Of a DNA stretch of 64,000 nucleotides, positions 39,804 through 51,378 are shown in pieces (within the stretch, counting starts at the first letter, position 1; every line of letters begins with the position of its first letter). Below the pieces are notes generated by a model. It saw only the letters and a list, made by a program, of their open reading frames with translations, searched no databases and was not told where the DNA came from. Position numbers and translations under genes: made by a program. Source of the stretch: an uncultured Candidatus Rokubacteria bacterium (GTDB lineage: Bacteria > Methylomirabilota > Methylomirabilia > Rokubacteriales > CSP1-6); the NCBI GenBank assembly GCA_963758635.1, contig CAVWWD010000007.1, forward strand, positions 128,001-192,000. The letters are read 5' to 3'.

Positions 39804-41807
39804 ATGGCGTTGATGGCGGCGCAGAGGCCCGCGCGCGGCGACGCGCGGACGGTGTGGATCGGCGGCGTCTGGCCCGAGCTCGACGGCGGCCGCTCCCCGG
39901 TCAAGCGCGTCGTCGGCGACGTCCTCGAGGTGACCGCGGACGTCTTCCTGGAGGGGCACGGCAGCCTGGCCGCCGTCCTCTGCCATCGCACGATCAAGGA
40001 CACGTCCTGGCGCGAGGCGCCGATGGTCCACGCGGGCAACGACCGGTGGACGGCGCGCATTCCCCTGGAGGAGAACACCCGGTACCTCTACACCGTCGAG
40101 GCCTGGGCCGACCCGTGGGGCTCGTGGGCCGTGGATCTGCGCAAGCGCGTCGCCGCGGGGCTCGACGTGCGGAGCGAGCTGCGGGAAGGGGCGGGGCTGG
40201 TCCGCGCCACCCGGGACCGCGCGGGCGGCGCCAACCGCGAGCGGCTCCAGCGACTCCTGGACGAGCTCGACCGAGACGCCGATCCCGCGCGCCAGGCCCG
40301 GGCGCTCCTCGCCGACGAGACCGCCGCGCTCCTGGCCCTCCACGTCGACCGCAGCGCGGCCACGCGCTACGACCGCGAGCTCGAGGTCGTGGTGGATCGC
40401 CCGCAGGCGCGCTTCGCCGCCTGGTACGAGCTCTTCCCGCGCTCGCAGGGCACGCGGCCGGGCGCCCACGGCACCTTCCACGACTGCATCCGGCGCCTGC
40501 CCGACATCGCGGCGATGGGCTTCGACGTGATCTATCTGCCCCCCATCCATCCCATCGGCCGGACGGCCCGAAAGGGCCGGAACAACGCGCTCGCCGCCGG
40601 GCCCGACGATCCGGGCTCGCCGTGGGCCATCGGCAACGAGCACGGCGGGCACACGGCCATCGAGCCCGCGCTGGGCACGCCCGAGGACTTCCGGGCCCTG
40701 GTGGCGGCGGCGCGCGAGCACGGGATCGAGGTCGCGCTGGACTACGCGCTGCAATGCTCGCCCGACCACCCGTGGGTGCGCGAGCATCCCGAGTGGTTCC
40801 ACCGGCGTCCCGACGGCACGATCAAGTACGCGGAGAACCCGCCGAAGAAGTACCAGGACATCTACCCGATCAACTTCGCGTGCCGCGACCGCGAGGCGCT
40901 GTGGGAGGAGCTGCGCGGCATCGTGCTCCACTGGATCGGCGAGGGCGTCCGCACGTTCCGCGTGGACAACCCGCACACCAAGCCCATCCCGTTCTGGGCG
41001 TGGCTGATCCGCGAGGTGCAGGCGGTCTACCCGGACGTGATCTTCCTGAGCGAGGCCTTCACGCGGCCCAAGGTGATGCAGGCCCTCGCCAAGGTCGGCT
41101 TCACGCAGTCCTACACGTACTTCACCTGGCGGAACTTCAAGGACGAGCTGCGCGAGTACTTCACCGAGCTCACGCAGGGCGAGATGGCGGAGTACTTCCG
41201 GGGCAACCTCTTCTGCAACACGCCGGACATCCTCCCGCCCGTCCTCCAGCAGGGCGGCCGGGCCGCCTTCAAGATGCGGGCGGCGCTCGCCGCGACGCTG
41301 TCCTCGGTGTGGGGCATCTACAGCGGCTTCGAGCTCCTCGAGCACGCCGCCATCCCGGGCCGCGAGGAGTACCTCGACTCCGAGAAGTACGAGGTCAAGG
41401 TCCGCGACTGGGCCGCGCCCGGCAGCATCACGCCGTACCTGACGCGGCTGAATCGCATCCGCCGCGAGCATCCCGCGCTGCAGGAGTACACCGCGCTGCG
41501 CTTCTACGAGGCCGACGGCGAGCACGTCCTCTTCTACGGCAAGCGGAGCCCGGACGGCGCCGACGTGGTCTGGGTGGCGGTGAACCTCGATCCCTACGAC
41601 GCCCACGAGGCGACGCTCCGGCTGCCCCTCGCCGACGTCGGGCTCGCGCCCGACGATCGCGTCCAGGTCCACGACCTCCTCACCGACCGGCGCCAGCTCT
41701 GGCGCGGGCCGGAGCAGAAGATCCGCCTCGACCCCGCCGAGGAGCCCGCGGCGGTCTTCCACGTCACCCCGCTGCCTCGCAAGCCGTTCGACGAGCCCTG
41801 CGCGTGA
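39804..41807 (+). CDS. glgE: alpha-1,4-glucan:maltose-1-phosphate maltosyltransferase
   Basis: [72 protein letters not shown]. Confidence 0.96.
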   Translation: MALMAAQRPARGDARTVWIGGVWPELDGGRSPVKRVVGDVLEVTADVFLEGHGSLAAVLCHRTIKDTSWREAPMVHAGNDRWTARIPLEENTRYLYTVEAWADPWGSWAVDLRKRVAAGLDVRSELREGAGLVRATRDRAGGANRERLQRLLDELDRDADPARQARALLADETAALLALHVDRSAATRYDRELEVVVDRPQARFAAWYELFPRSQGTRPGAHGTFHDCIRRLPDIAAMGFDVIYLPPIHPIGRTARKGRNNALAAGPDDPGSPWAIGNEHGGHTAIEPALGTPEDFRALVAAAREHGIEVALDYALQCSPDHPWVREHPEWFHRRPDGTIKYAENPPKKYQDIYPINFACRDREALWEELRGIVLHWIGEGVRTFRVDNPHTKPIPFWAWLIREVQAVYPDVIFLSEAFTRPKVMQALAKVGFTQSYTYFTWRNFKDELREYFTELTQGEMAEYFRGNLFCNTPDILPPVLQQGGRAAFKMRAALAATLSSVWGIYSGFELLEHAAIPGREEYLDSEKYEVKVRDWAAPGSITPYLTRLNRIRREHPALQEYTALRFYEADGEHVLFYGKRSPDGADVVWVAVNLDPYDAHEATLRLPLADVGLAPDDRVQVHDLLTDRRQLWRGPEQKIRLDPAEEPAAVFHVTPLPRKPFDEPCA

Positions 41808-41812
41808 CCGCC

Positions 41813-43489
41813 ATGGACGACCTCTGGTTCAAGGACGCGGTGCTCTACGAGCTGCACGTGAAGGCGTTCCAGGACGACGACGGCAACGGGGTGGGCGACT
41901 TCCGCGGCCTGACGCGCCGGCTCGACTACCTGTCCGAGCTCGGCGTCGACTGCCTCTGGCTGCTGCCGTTCTTCCCGTCCCCCCTGCGGGACGACGGCTA
42001 CGACATCGCCGACTACCACGAGGTCTCGCCGCTGTACGGCAGCATGGCCGACTTCGAGGCGTTCCTGCGCGAGGCGCACCGGCGCGACATGCGGGTCATC
42101 GCCGACCTCGTCGTGAACCACACGTCGGACCAGCATCCGTGGTTCCAGGAGGCGCGGCGCGATCCCGCCTCGCCCCGCCGCGACTGGTACGTGTGGAGCC
42201 CCCACGACCGCGCGTACCGCGACGCCCGCATCATCTTCGTGGACACCGAGAAGTCGAACTGGACGTGGGACCCGGAGGCCGGCGCCTACTACTGGCACCG
42301 CTTCTTCAGCCACCAGCCCGACCTCAACTACGACAACCCCGCGGTGCGGCGGGCCATGACCGACGCGATGCGCTTCTGGCTCGACAAGGGCCTCGACGGG
42401 TTCCGCTGCGACGCGGTGCCGTACCTGTTCGAGCGCGAGGGGACGAGCTGCGAGAACCTCCCGGAGACCCACGTCTTCCTCAAGGCGCTGCGCGCCGAGC
42501 TCGACGCGCGGTACACGGGGCGCGTCCTCCTCGCCGAGGCGAACCAGTGGCCCAAGGACGTGCGGCCGTACTTCGGCGACGGCGACGAGTTCCACATGGC
42601 CTTCCACTTCCCGCTCATGCCGCGGATGTTCATGGCCGTCCACAGCGCCAACCGCCTGCCCATCACCGACATGTTCCAGCACACGCCGCGCATCCCCGAC
42701 GGCTGCCAGTGGTGCCTGTTCCTGCGCAACCACGACGAGCTGACGCTGGAGATGTGCACGGACCCCGAGCGCGACTACATGTACTACGCGTACGCGCAGG
42801 ACCCGCGCATGAAGCTCAACGTCGGGATCCGGCGCCGGCTCGCGCCCCTCGTCGACGGAGACCGGAGGAAGATCGAGCTGCTCAACGGGCTGCTGTTCGC
42901 CTTCCCCGGCACGCCCATCATCTACTACGGCGACGAGCTCGGCATGGGGGACAACATCCACCTCGGCGATCGGAACGGCGTGCGGACGCCGATGCAGTGG
43001 TCGGCCGACCGCAACGCGGGATTCTCGAGCGCGTCGCCCGAGCGGCTCTACACCCCCGTGATCACCGAGGCGCCGTACGGCTACCAGACCCTCAACGTCG
43101 AGGCCCAGCGGGCGTCGGCCAGCTCGCTCCTCCGGTGGACCCGGCGCCTCGTGGCCACGCGCAAGCGGACGAAGGCGTTCGGCCGCGGCGGCTTGCGCTT
43201 CCTCGAGCCGGACAACCAGCGCGTGCTGGCGTTCCTGCGCGAGCACGAGGGCGAGACGATCCTCGTCGTGGCCAACCTCGCCGATACCGTGGAGCCGGCC
43301 GTGCTCGCGCTGGCGCCGTTCGCGGGGCGCGTCCCCACGGAGATGTTCGACGGCGCGCGGCTGCCGCGCATCGGCCCCGAGCCGTACCTGCTCACGCTGG
43401 CGCCCTACGCCTTCTACTGGCTCCGCCTCGACGACCCCGCGGCGGCGACGGACCGGCCCTATGTCCTCGACTCGTCGTCCATCATCTAG
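41813..43489 (+). CDS. treS: trehalose synthase / maltose alpha-D-glucosyltransferase
   Basis: [65 protein letters not shown]; alternative GTG start at 41804. Confidence 0.96.
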   Translation: MDDLWFKDAVLYELHVKAFQDDDGNGVGDFRGLTRRLDYLSELGVDCLWLLPFFPSPLRDDGYDIADYHEVSPLYGSMADFEAFLREAHRRDMRVIADLVVNHTSDQHPWFQEARRDPASPRRDWYVWSPHDRAYRDARIIFVDTEKSNWTWDPEAGAYYWHRFFSHQPDLNYDNPAVRRAMTDAMRFWLDKGLDGFRCDAVPYLFEREGTSCENLPETHVFLKALRAELDARYTGRVLLAEANQWPKDVRPYFGDGDEFHMAFHFPLMPRMFMAVHSANRLPITDMFQHTPRIPDGCQWCLFLRNHDELTLEMCTDPERDYMYYAYAQDPRMKLNVGIRRRLAPLVDGDRRKIELLNGLLFAFPGTPIIYYGDELGMGDNIHLGDRNGVRTPMQWSADRNAGFSSASPERLYTPVITEAPYGYQTLNVEAQRASASSLLRWTRRLVATRKRTKAFGRGGLRFLEPDNQRVLAFLREHEGETILVVANLADTVEPAVLALAPFAGRVPTEMFDGARLPRIGPEPYLLTLAPYAFYWLRLDDPAAATDRPYVLDSSSII

Positions 43490-45680
43490 CCGCGCCGCGG
43501 CGCGGCCACCGCAATGGCTGTCGCGGGTGGCCGCCGCCCTGTCCGCGCGGCTGCCCGGCGAGCGGTGGTTCTCGGGCAAGGCCCGGAGCGTCGCGCGCGT
43601 GCGCCCGCTCGACTGGGCGGGCCTGCCCGGCAGCGCGGCGACGCTCGCCCTGTTCGAGGTCACCGGCGAGGCGGGCGACACCGAGCGGTACTTCGTTCCC
43701 CTGCGCGACGCCGACCCCGGCGCCGAGGCGCTCGACGACGCCGGGGTCTGCGCCGCGATCGTCGAGGCGATGCGCGCGGGCGCGGAGGTGCCGGGCGCCC
43801 GCGGCGTGTTCCGCTTCGCGTCCACCGCCGTGCTCCCCGAGATCTTGCCCGTGGCCCCGACCACGACGCGGTCCACGGGCGCCGAGCAGAGCAACACGTC
43901 GCGGGTGCTGGGCGAGCGCGCCATGCTCAAGGTGATCCGCCGCACCGAGACCGGGGTGAACCCCGAGCTCGAGCTCACGCGCTTCCTCACCGCCGAGACG
44001 CAGTTCCGCGAGGCGCCGCGGCTGGCCGGCTCGCTCGTCTGGGAGGGCGAGGCCGGCCCCCTGACCCTGGCGACGCTCCACGAGCTCGTGCCCGCGGTGG
44101 GCGACGCGTGGACCGTGCTCCAGCAGCGGCTCGACGAGTACTTCGCCGCCCTCGGCAATCGCGCCGGGGACGTGGCCGCCGACCCCGCGTACGCGCGCGC
44201 GCTCGGCGCCGCCGACGCGAAGGAGGCCCAGGCCCTCGGGTCGCTCACCGCCCGGCTGCACCGCGCGCTCGCGAGCGCCGGCCCGCGGAGCCCGATGGCG
44301 CCAGAGCCGATCACGGCCGACGACGTGGCGACCTGGCGGGCGGAGATGGAGGCACGGCTGGAGCGGTCGGCCGCCGGGCTCCGCGCCGGCCAGGCCGTCC
44401 TCACCGAGGACGCGGCGTCCGCGACCGAGCGCGTGCTCGCCGAGCTGCCCCGGCTCATCGAGCCGGCCGCCGGCCTCGAGGCGCTGGCCGCGGACGGCGT
44501 CGTCAAGATCCGGATCCACGGCGACTACCACCTGGGGCAGATCCTGAAGACGCGCGACGGCTTCGCGGTGGTGGACTTCGAGGGGGAGCCCGCCCGCGCG
44601 CTGCCCGCCCGGCGCGCCAAGGAATGCGCGCTTCGCGACGTGGCCGGCATGCTGCGTTCGTTCTCGTACGCGGTGCGGGCGGCGCTGCGCCGCGCCACCG
44701 AGAACGCTCCGGACAGCCCGCGGCTCGCCGAGCGGCTCGCGCCGTGGGCCGACGCCTGGGAGGAAGGCGTCCGCGAGGCCTTCCTCGAGGCGTACGTGGC
44801 GGGCGCGCGGGAGGACGCCGCCGTCGCGTTCGTCCCCGGCGAGCCGGACGCCGTCCACGCCGCGCTGCGCGCCTTCGAGCTGGACAAGGCCGTCTACGAG
44901 CTCGACTACGAGCTCAACCACCGTCCGAGCTGGGTGCGGATCCCCCTCGAGGCGCTGGCTCGGCTCGCCGCCGGTCCCGCGGCCCCGCGTCGCGCCGCGC
45001 GGCTCCGGCCCGGCGAGGGACCGTTCCGGTTCACCGCGTGCTTCGAGCTGCACGAGTTCCTGGGCGCGCGCGCGGAGAACGAGCGCCAGCTCGCCGAGCT
45101 CATCGAGACCGTGCCGCTGGACTCGATCTACTTCCACACCCATGGCTTCCTGCTGCGCCACCGCTTCGCGGCCGGGCTCTACCCGAACGACTTCGCCACG
45201 TGGGTGGCCGTCCACGTCCGCGACCAGGTGCTGGGGGAGCGCCTGGCCATGGTCGATCCGAGCGAGTTCCCGAACCTCCAGGCGCTCCGCGAGGAGCTGG
45301 TGGCGGTCATCGACGACCACCTCCGGCAGCTTCCCGTGGTGCCGCACGTGATCCTCGCCGAGCCGTTCGACTTCGTCCGCTCGCACATCGTCGAGATCCC
45401 CACCGGCGTCGAGGCGAGGACGCTCGCCGAGCTGCGCCAGGCGCTGCTCGAGGTGGACGTGAGCGCGATCTTCTTCCATCTCGTCGAGGCCCGCCTGCGC
45501 CTCGGCCGAGGGCAGAACGACTTCGCCGCGTGGTTCGAGCACGCGCTGGGGATGCCGGAGCTGGCCGCCCGGGCGCAGCAGGTGAGCCCCTACGGGGCGA
45601 GCCTGGAGCGGACGCGCGCGCGGCTCATCCAGCTCTGCGACGAGGCCCTGGCCGACCCCGCCTCCGGCGCGCCGCGATGA
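43461..45680 (+). CDS. maltokinase (Mak/Pep2) fused to a C-terminal DUF5752-like domain
   Basis: [53 protein letters not shown]; then [37 protein letters not shown]. Confidence 0.85.
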   Translation: MSSTRRPSSSRAAARPPQWLSRVAAALSARLPGERWFSGKARSVARVRPLDWAGLPGSAATLALFEVTGEAGDTERYFVPLRDADPGAEALDDAGVCAAIVEAMRAGAEVPGARGVFRFASTAVLPEILPVAPTTTRSTGAEQSNTSRVLGERAMLKVIRRTETGVNPELELTRFLTAETQFREAPRLAGSLVWEGEAGPLTLATLHELVPAVGDAWTVLQQRLDEYFAALGNRAGDVAADPAYARALGAADAKEAQALGSLTARLHRALASAGPRSPMAPEPITADDVATWRAEMEARLERSAAGLRAGQAVLTEDAASATERVLAELPRLIEPAAGLEALAADGVVKIRIHGDYHLGQILKTRDGFAVVDFEGEPARALPARRAKECALRDVAGMLRSFSYAVRAALRRATENAPDSPRLAERLAPWADAWEEGVREAFLEAYVAGAREDAAVAFVPGEPDAVHAALRAFELDKAVYELDYELNHRPSWVRIPLEALARLAAGPAAPRRAARLRPGEGPFRFTACFELHEFLGARAENERQLAELIETVPLDSIYFHTHGFLLRHRFAAGLYPNDFATWVAVHVRDQVLGERLAMVDPSEFPNLQALREELVAVIDDHLRQLPVVPHVILAEPFDFVRSHIVEIPTGVEARTLAELRQALLEVDVSAIFFHLVEARLRLGRGQNDFAAWFEHALGMPELAARAQQVSPYGASLERTRARLIQLCDEALADPASGAPR

Positions 45681-46879
45681 TCCCGCCCCAGCTCGAGGCG
45701 TACCAGGACATCGCGCCGCGGGGCACCATCGACCTCCTCATGCGGCTGGCCGAGCGGCTGCGCGGCCGGCGCTTCGTCCACGTCAACGGCAGCCGGTTCG
45801 GCGCGGGGTCGCCCGAGAGCTTGCGCCGGCTCGTCCCCATGCTGCAGGGGCTCGGCATCGACACGTCGTGGGAGGTGGTGGTGGGCGACCCCGACTTCTA
45901 CGCCGCGGTGCGGAGGATCGAACGGGGCCTCGCCGGGCTGGACCCGGCCGTCGCGGAGGCGTCGGTGCGCGCGTTCCGCGAGGGCGCGGCCGGCAACGCG
46001 GCGTCCCTCGCGCTCGCCGCCGACGTGGTCATGGTCCACGACGTCGCGGCCGTGCCCCTCGCCGAGCGGCGCGACGGGCAGGGGAGGTGGGTGTGGCGAT
46101 GCCACGCCGATCTCTCGCGCGCCCATCGCCGCGTCTGGCACGCCCTGCGCGAGAGCGTGGAACGCTACGACGCCGCGGTGTTCTCGCTGCCCCGGTTCGC
46201 CCAGCGCGTGCCGATCCCGACGCTCATCGTGCATCCGTCCATCGATCCGCTGAGCGAGCGCAACATGGACCTCAGGCGCGACGAGGTCGCGCAGATCCTG
46301 GACCGCCTGGGGGTGGCGCGCGACAAGCCCATCGTGCTCCAGGTGGCCCCGTACGCGAGCGACCGCGACCCGGTGGGCGTCGTCCGCGCGTACCGGCTGG
46401 CCAAGAAATACGCGGACTGCCGCCTGGTCCTCGCGGGCTGGGGCGTCAACGACAACGCCGAGGGCGCCGCGGCCCTCCAGGCGGTACGCGAGCTCGCCGG
46501 CAACGATCCCGACATCCGTCCCCTGGTGCTGCCGCCGGACGCCGGCCGCGAGCTGAACGCGCTGCAGCGGGCGGCCGCCGTCGTGGTGCACAAGCCGCTG
46601 CGCGAGGACTTCGGACTCGTCGTGGCCGAAGCCATGTGGAAGGGCAAGCCGGTGGTGGCCAGCACCGTCGGTGGCCTCTCGACCCAGGTCATCCACGAGG
46701 TCACCGGCTTCTGCGTGACCTCGGTGGAGGGCGCGGCGCTCCGCATCCGGCAGCTCCTCGAGGACCCCGAGCTGCGCGCGCGCCTCGGAGGCGCCGGCCG
46801 AGAGTACGTGCGGCGCCGGTTCCTCATCACCCGGCACCTCGGCGACTACCTCGCGCTCCTCGCGAGCTTCACGACATGA
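45677..46879 (+). CDS. TreT-like GT4 glycosyltransferase (trehalose synthase-like, divergent motifs)
   Basis: FVHVN, WVWRCHAD, PSIDPLSERN, NALQRAA, EDFGLVVAEAMWKGKPV, FLITRHLGDYL. Confidence 0.8.
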   Translation: MIPPQLEAYQDIAPRGTIDLLMRLAERLRGRRFVHVNGSRFGAGSPESLRRLVPMLQGLGIDTSWEVVVGDPDFYAAVRRIERGLAGLDPAVAEASVRAFREGAAGNAASLALAADVVMVHDVAAVPLAERRDGQGRWVWRCHADLSRAHRRVWHALRESVERYDAAVFSLPRFAQRVPIPTLIVHPSIDPLSERNMDLRRDEVAQILDRLGVARDKPIVLQVAPYASDRDPVGVVRAYRLAKKYADCRLVLAGWGVNDNAEGAAALQAVRELAGNDPDIRPLVLPPDAGRELNALQRAAAVVVHKPLREDFGLVVAEAMWKGKPVVASTVGGLSTQVIHEVTGFCVTSVEGAALRIRQLLEDPELRARLGGAGREYVRRRFLITRHLGDYLALLASFTT

Positions 46880-48118
46880 GCGAGGCGCGGCCGGACGGCG
46901 CCCTGCTCGCCGCCCCCGACGTGACCGCGGTCGACGCGCTGGCCGACGTGGACCTGGTGGTCGCGGTGGCCGCACGGGACCAGGACGCGGCGATCGTCGA
47001 GCTGCTCGAGGCGGCGGCGGCCGCGCTCGACAAGCACCTGCACGCGGAGCGCGGCGCCGTGGTCGCGCTCGAGGCCGCGGGCCACGCGCCCACGGGTGAG
47101 GCCCTGCGCGCGTGGTGCGCACAGTCCACGGCGGGCGCCCGCCGGCTGCTGCTGTCGCCCCGAGAGCCGCTCCGTACGGGCGATGCTCAGCGGACGCTGC
47201 TGGAGGTGGGCGGCCGGCCCGGCGTGACCGCGTGCCTCCTCGTCGACGGAGACCTGGCCGGCATGCCGGCGGAGGCGCTCGCCGGGTTGCTGGAGCCCGT
47301 CGTTCACGGGCTGGCCGACGCGGTCATGCCCGCCTACACGCGGGGGGCCTCGGAGGGGACGCTCACGACGAACCTGCTCAGGCCGGCGATGCTCGCCTTC
47401 TACGGTCGTGACCTGCAGCAGGTGGTGGGCGGGGTGACGGCCCTGGCCGGGCCGCTCGCGGGCCGTCTCGCCGAGGAGCGACCGCCGCTCTCCGAGGGTC
47501 CGGGGCCCGCGGTGTGGCTCACCACGGCGCTGGCCGCCGCGGACGCGCGGCTGGCGCAGGTGCACGTGGGGCGGCGCCCGGCGGGCCGGCCGGGCGCGGC
47601 GCGCGATCTCCCCGGCATCCTCGCGGACACGGTGGGCCCGCTGTTCGCGAGGCTCGAGGAGCACGCGGCGGTCTGGGAGGGGCGGCCCGACCGGCTCCCC
47701 GTGGCGACCCTCGGCGAATCGGCGCGCGATGCTCCCGATGCCCGTCCTCCCCGACGTGGCGCCGATGGTGCGCGCGTTCCGCCTCGGCGTGAAGGACCTG
47801 TCGCCGGTGTGGGAGCAGATCATGCTCACGTCCACGCTCGCCGACCTCTACCCGCTGGCGCTCCACGAGCCCGACGAGTTCCGCTTCGCGCCGTCGCTCT
47901 GGGCGCGCGTGGTCGTCGATTTCGCGGTGGCCTTCCACGAGCGCCGGTTGCCGGCCGACCACCTGCTGCGCTCCCTCACCCCGCTCTACCTGGGCCGCGT
48001 CGCCGCGTTCCTGCTCACGGCGTGGCGGCAGCCCGCGGACGCGGTGACGGCGGCCCTGACCGACGTCGCCCGCGCGTTCGAGGACGAACGCCCGGCCATG
48101 GCCGCGCGCTGGCGGTAG
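46876..48118 (+). CDS. GT-A fold glycosyltransferase, glucosyl-3-phosphoglycerate/mannosylglycerate synthase-like (frameshift ~47720)
   Basis: LLVDGD, P.Y.R...EGTLT, YGRDLQQ..GG, LWARVVVDFA, SLTPLYLGRVAAF. Confidence 0.65.
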
Positions 48119-48315
48119 CGCCGCGGCCCGCCAGCGGCCACCAGCCGTGGTGGAAATCCGGTATGCTCCGGACGAGCATGAGACGCGGCGCGGGCGACAT
48201 GGCTGGGCCGGCGGGATGAGGCACGCGGGTGCCGGCTAGTGAGCCCCGCGCATCTGACTAATGCCGAGCGGTGGGACTATAGGGGCCCGTGGCGTTGCCG
48301 TATTCTGCGAGGGTC

Positions 48316-50436
48316 ATGAGGACCGCTCCCCGCGGCGCGCCCCGGGACGCCGCGGCCGCGGTGGGCCTCGACACGCCGCTGCAGTTCCTCAAGGGCGTGG
48401 GGCCGCAGAAGTCCCAGCTCCTCGAGCGCATCGGCCTCGTCACCGTTCACGACGCGCTCCTGCACCTGCCGAGCCGCCACGAGGACCGGAGCCGTATCCT
48501 CCCGCTGCGCAGCGTGACCCCGGGGGACGCGCGAACCTGCGCGGGGACCATCGCGGGGGTGAGCCCGCCACCGCGCGGGCGCCCGCGTGTGCCGCTCGCC
48601 GTGGTCCTCCGCGACGCCACCGGCTTCCTCCGCGCCCTCTGGTTCAACCAGCGCTATCTCGAGCGCGTCTTCACGCGCGGCCAGCGGCTCATCGTCCATG
48701 GCAAGGTGCAGCCGCCGCGGGGCGGCGGCGCCCTCGAGATGCTGGTGAAGGACTACGAGATCGTCGAGAGCGCCGACGACGAGCATCTGCACACGGGCCG
48801 CCTCGTCCCCATCTATCCCGCCACCGAGCGTGTGTCGCAGCGGTGGCTCCGCGCGCTGACGCGGCGGCTCGTCGACGAGTTCGCCGACCGCGTGCCCGAG
48901 ACGCTGCCCGAGCCGCTCCGGGCGCGCCGCGACCTCGACGCCATCGCCCGCGCGATCCGCGAAGGACACTTCCCCGAGACGGAGGCCGAGCAGGCGCGGG
49001 CGCGGCGCCGCCTCGTCTTCGAGGACTTCCTCGTGCTGGAGCTGGGCCTCGCCATCCGCCGCCACCGTGAGGGCCGCGAGCCCGGACTGGCCATGCGGCC
49101 GCCCGGCGCCCTCGGGCGGCGCCTCCTCGAGTCGCTGCCGTTCGCGCTCACCGCCGCCCAGGAGCGCGTCTGGCAGGAGATCCGGGTCGACATGGCCACC
49201 GCGCACCCGATGAACCGGCTCCTCCAGGGCGACGTGGGATCCGGCAAGACGCTCGTGGCCGTGCTCGCCATGCTCACCGCGATCGAGTCGGGGTTCCAGG
49301 CCGCGCTGATGGCGCCCACCGAGATCCTGGCCGAGCAGCACGCGCGGACGCTCGGCGCGCTGCTCCGGCCGCTCGACCTCGGGGTGGCGCTCCTCACCAA
49401 CGCCACGCGGGGCAAGGAACGCCAGGCCCTTCTCGCCGCCGTCGCCGACGGCACGCTGCCGTGCGTGGTGGGCACCCACGCCCTCGTCCAGGGCGGCGTG
49501 ACGTTCCGGCGGCTCGGCCTCGCCGTGGTGGACGAGCAGCACCGCTTCGGCGTGCTCCAGCGCGCCACCCTCCGCTCGAAGGGGGAGCGGCCCGACGTGC
49601 TGGTGATGACGGCCACGCCCATCCCGCGGACGCTCGCCCTCACGCTCTACGGCGATCTCGACGTGTCGGTGATCGACGCGATGCCGCCGGGCCGCCGGCC
49701 GGTGCGCACGTTCGTCCGGGAGGAGAACAAGCGGCGCGACATCTACGCGTTCCTTCGTGAGGAGATGCGCGCGGGCCGGCAGGTCTACGTCGTCTACCCG
49801 CTCGTGGAGGAGTCCGAGGTCTCCGACCTCCGGGCCGCGACCGAGATGCAGGGACAGCTCGCCGCCGAGGTCTTCCCGGAGTTCGCGGTAGGCCTCCTCC
49901 ACGGCCAGATGGCCGGGGCGGAGAAGGACCGGGTGATGGAGGAGTTCCGCGCCGGGCGCGTCCAGCTCCTGGTCTCCACCACCGTGATCGAGGTGGGCAT
50001 CGACGTGCCGAACGCATCCGTCATGCTCGTGGAGCACGCCGAGCGCTTCGGGCTGTCCCAGCTCCACCAGCTCCGCGGCCGCGTGGGCCGTGGCCCGTGG
50101 AAGAGCTACTGCATCCTGATGAGCCGCGCCGCCGGAGCGTCCGACGCGCGCCGCCGGCTCGACGCCATGGCCGAGACGAGCGACGGGTTCCGGATCGCCG
50201 AGACGGACCTGTCGCTCCGCGGGCCCGGCGACTTCTTCGGCACGCGCCAGTCCGGCCTGCCCGCGTTCCGCGTCGCCGACCTCCTGCGCGACGCGGCGGT
50301 GCTCGAGGAGGCGCGCCAGGAGGCGTTCAAGCTGGTCGCCACCGACCCGGACCTGCGCGCACCGGAGCACCGCGCCCTCCGCGCCGCGCTGCTGGCGCGC
50401 TGGCGCGGCAAGCTCGATCTCGCCAGTGTCGGGTGA
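48316..50436 (+). CDS. recG: ATP-dependent DNA helicase RecG
   Basis: LKGVGP, MNRLLQGDVGSGKT, MAPTEILAEQH, DEQHRFGV, TATPIPRTL, QLHQLRGRVGRG. Confidence 0.97.
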   Translation: MRTAPRGAPRDAAAAVGLDTPLQFLKGVGPQKSQLLERIGLVTVHDALLHLPSRHEDRSRILPLRSVTPGDARTCAGTIAGVSPPPRGRPRVPLAVVLRDATGFLRALWFNQRYLERVFTRGQRLIVHGKVQPPRGGGALEMLVKDYEIVESADDEHLHTGRLVPIYPATERVSQRWLRALTRRLVDEFADRVPETLPEPLRARRDLDAIARAIREGHFPETEAEQARARRRLVFEDFLVLELGLAIRRHREGREPGLAMRPPGALGRRLLESLPFALTAAQERVWQEIRVDMATAHPMNRLLQGDVGSGKTLVAVLAMLTAIESGFQAALMAPTEILAEQHARTLGALLRPLDLGVALLTNATRGKERQALLAAVADGTLPCVVGTHALVQGGVTFRRLGLAVVDEQHRFGVLQRATLRSKGERPDVLVMTATPIPRTLALTLYGDLDVSVIDAMPPGRRPVRTFVREENKRRDIYAFLREEMRAGRQVYVVYPLVEESEVSDLRAATEMQGQLAAEVFPEFAVGLLHGQMAGAEKDRVMEEFRAGRVQLLVSTTVIEVGIDVPNASVMLVEHAERFGLSQLHQLRGRVGRGPWKSYCILMSRAAGASDARRRLDAMAETSDGFRIAETDLSLRGPGDFFGTRQSGLPAFRVADLLRDAAVLEEARQEAFKLVATDPDLRAPEHRALRAALLARWRGKLDLASVG

Positions 50437-50446
50437 GGCCGCTCGC

Positions 50447-51346
50447 ATGACGACAACCTTCCCGGTGCGTCTGCGCACCATCGACGCCGGGGGGCCGGTG
50501 CACTTCGCCGATTTCGGCGGCGTGGGACCGCCGATGGTCCTCGTGCACGGGCTCGGCGGGTCTTGCGAGAACTGGCTCGCCGTGGGCGGCGCGCTGGCCG
50601 AGCACGCGCGGGTGCTGGCCCCGGATCTGCCGGGCTTCGGCCGCACGCCGCCCGCGGGCCGCGAGATCACCGTGACGGCCAGTCAGCGCTCGCTCCATCG
50701 CTTCCTCGAGGTCGCCGTGGGGCAGCCGGCGGTCCTCGTGGGCAACTCGATGGGCGGCCTCGTCGCCATGATGCAGGCGGCGAGCGAGCCGGCCAGCGTG
50801 GCCGGGCTCGTCCTGGTTGCGCCGGCGCAACCGCAGGTTCGCGGCGGGCGGCCCGATCTCGCGGTCCAGGCGCTGTTCGCCATCTACCTGGTGCCCGGCG
50901 TGGCCGGTTGGTTCCTCCGGACGCGAGCGGCCCGGCTCGGGCCCGAAGGGTTGGTGGCGGAGCTCCTTCGCCTGCTCTGCATCGACGGCTCCCGGGTGCC
51001 GCCGGACGTGCAACGCGCGCACGTCGCACTGGTCCGCGAGCGGCTCGAGTCGATGCCGTGGGCCAACGACGTCTTCCTGTCGGCCACCCGCTCGCTGCTC
51101 GGCCTGCTGCTGCGCCCCTCGCGCTACCACGCGATGGTCGACCGCATCGCCGCGCCGACGCTCCTGGTCCATGGCCGCGGTGATCGGCTCGTGCCGCTGG
51201 CCGGCTCGCAGGCGCTGGTCCGCCGGAAGCCGGACTGGGCGCTCGACGTGCTCGACGACATCGGCCACGTGCCGCAGCTCGAGGCCCCAGCGCGCTTCGT
51301 CGATGCGGTCGTGCGTTGGCTCGGGGGCCGGTCGGGGCGCGCGTGA
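50447..51346 (+). CDS. alpha/beta fold hydrolase
   Basis: HGLGG, DLPGFG, GNSMGG, D and GH catalytic motifs. Confidence 0.9.
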   Translation: MTTTFPVRLRTIDAGGPVHFADFGGVGPPMVLVHGLGGSCENWLAVGGALAEHARVLAPDLPGFGRTPPAGREITVTASQRSLHRFLEVAVGQPAVLVGNSMGGLVAMMQAASEPASVAGLVLVAPAQPQVRGGRPDLAVQALFAIYLVPGVAGWFLRTRAARLGPEGLVAELLRLLCIDGSRVPPDVQRAHVALVRERLESMPWANDVFLSATRSLLGLLLRPSRYHAMVDRIAAPTLLVHGRGDRLVPLAGSQALVRRKPDWALDVLDDIGHVPQLEAPARFVDAVVRWLGGRSGRA

Positions 51347-51378
51347 GCCTCTCCACCGGCATTCGCGAGCGAGGCGGC

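Noticed and set aside
39797..43489. 1230-aa ORF suggesting a large TreS fusion
   Set aside because: The N-terminal ~670 aa is an Arg/Gly-rich off-frame shadow of glgE; real TreS begins at 41804/41813.
43514..46879. 1121-aa ORF
   Set aside because: Off-frame shadow of the maltokinase gene running into the TreT-like gene, which starts at 45677.
37229..50670. Many very long antisense ORFs (e.g. 37229..40078, 41594..44506, 48277..50670)
   Set aside because: Expected stop-codon scarcity opposite high-GC genes; no recognisable motifs.
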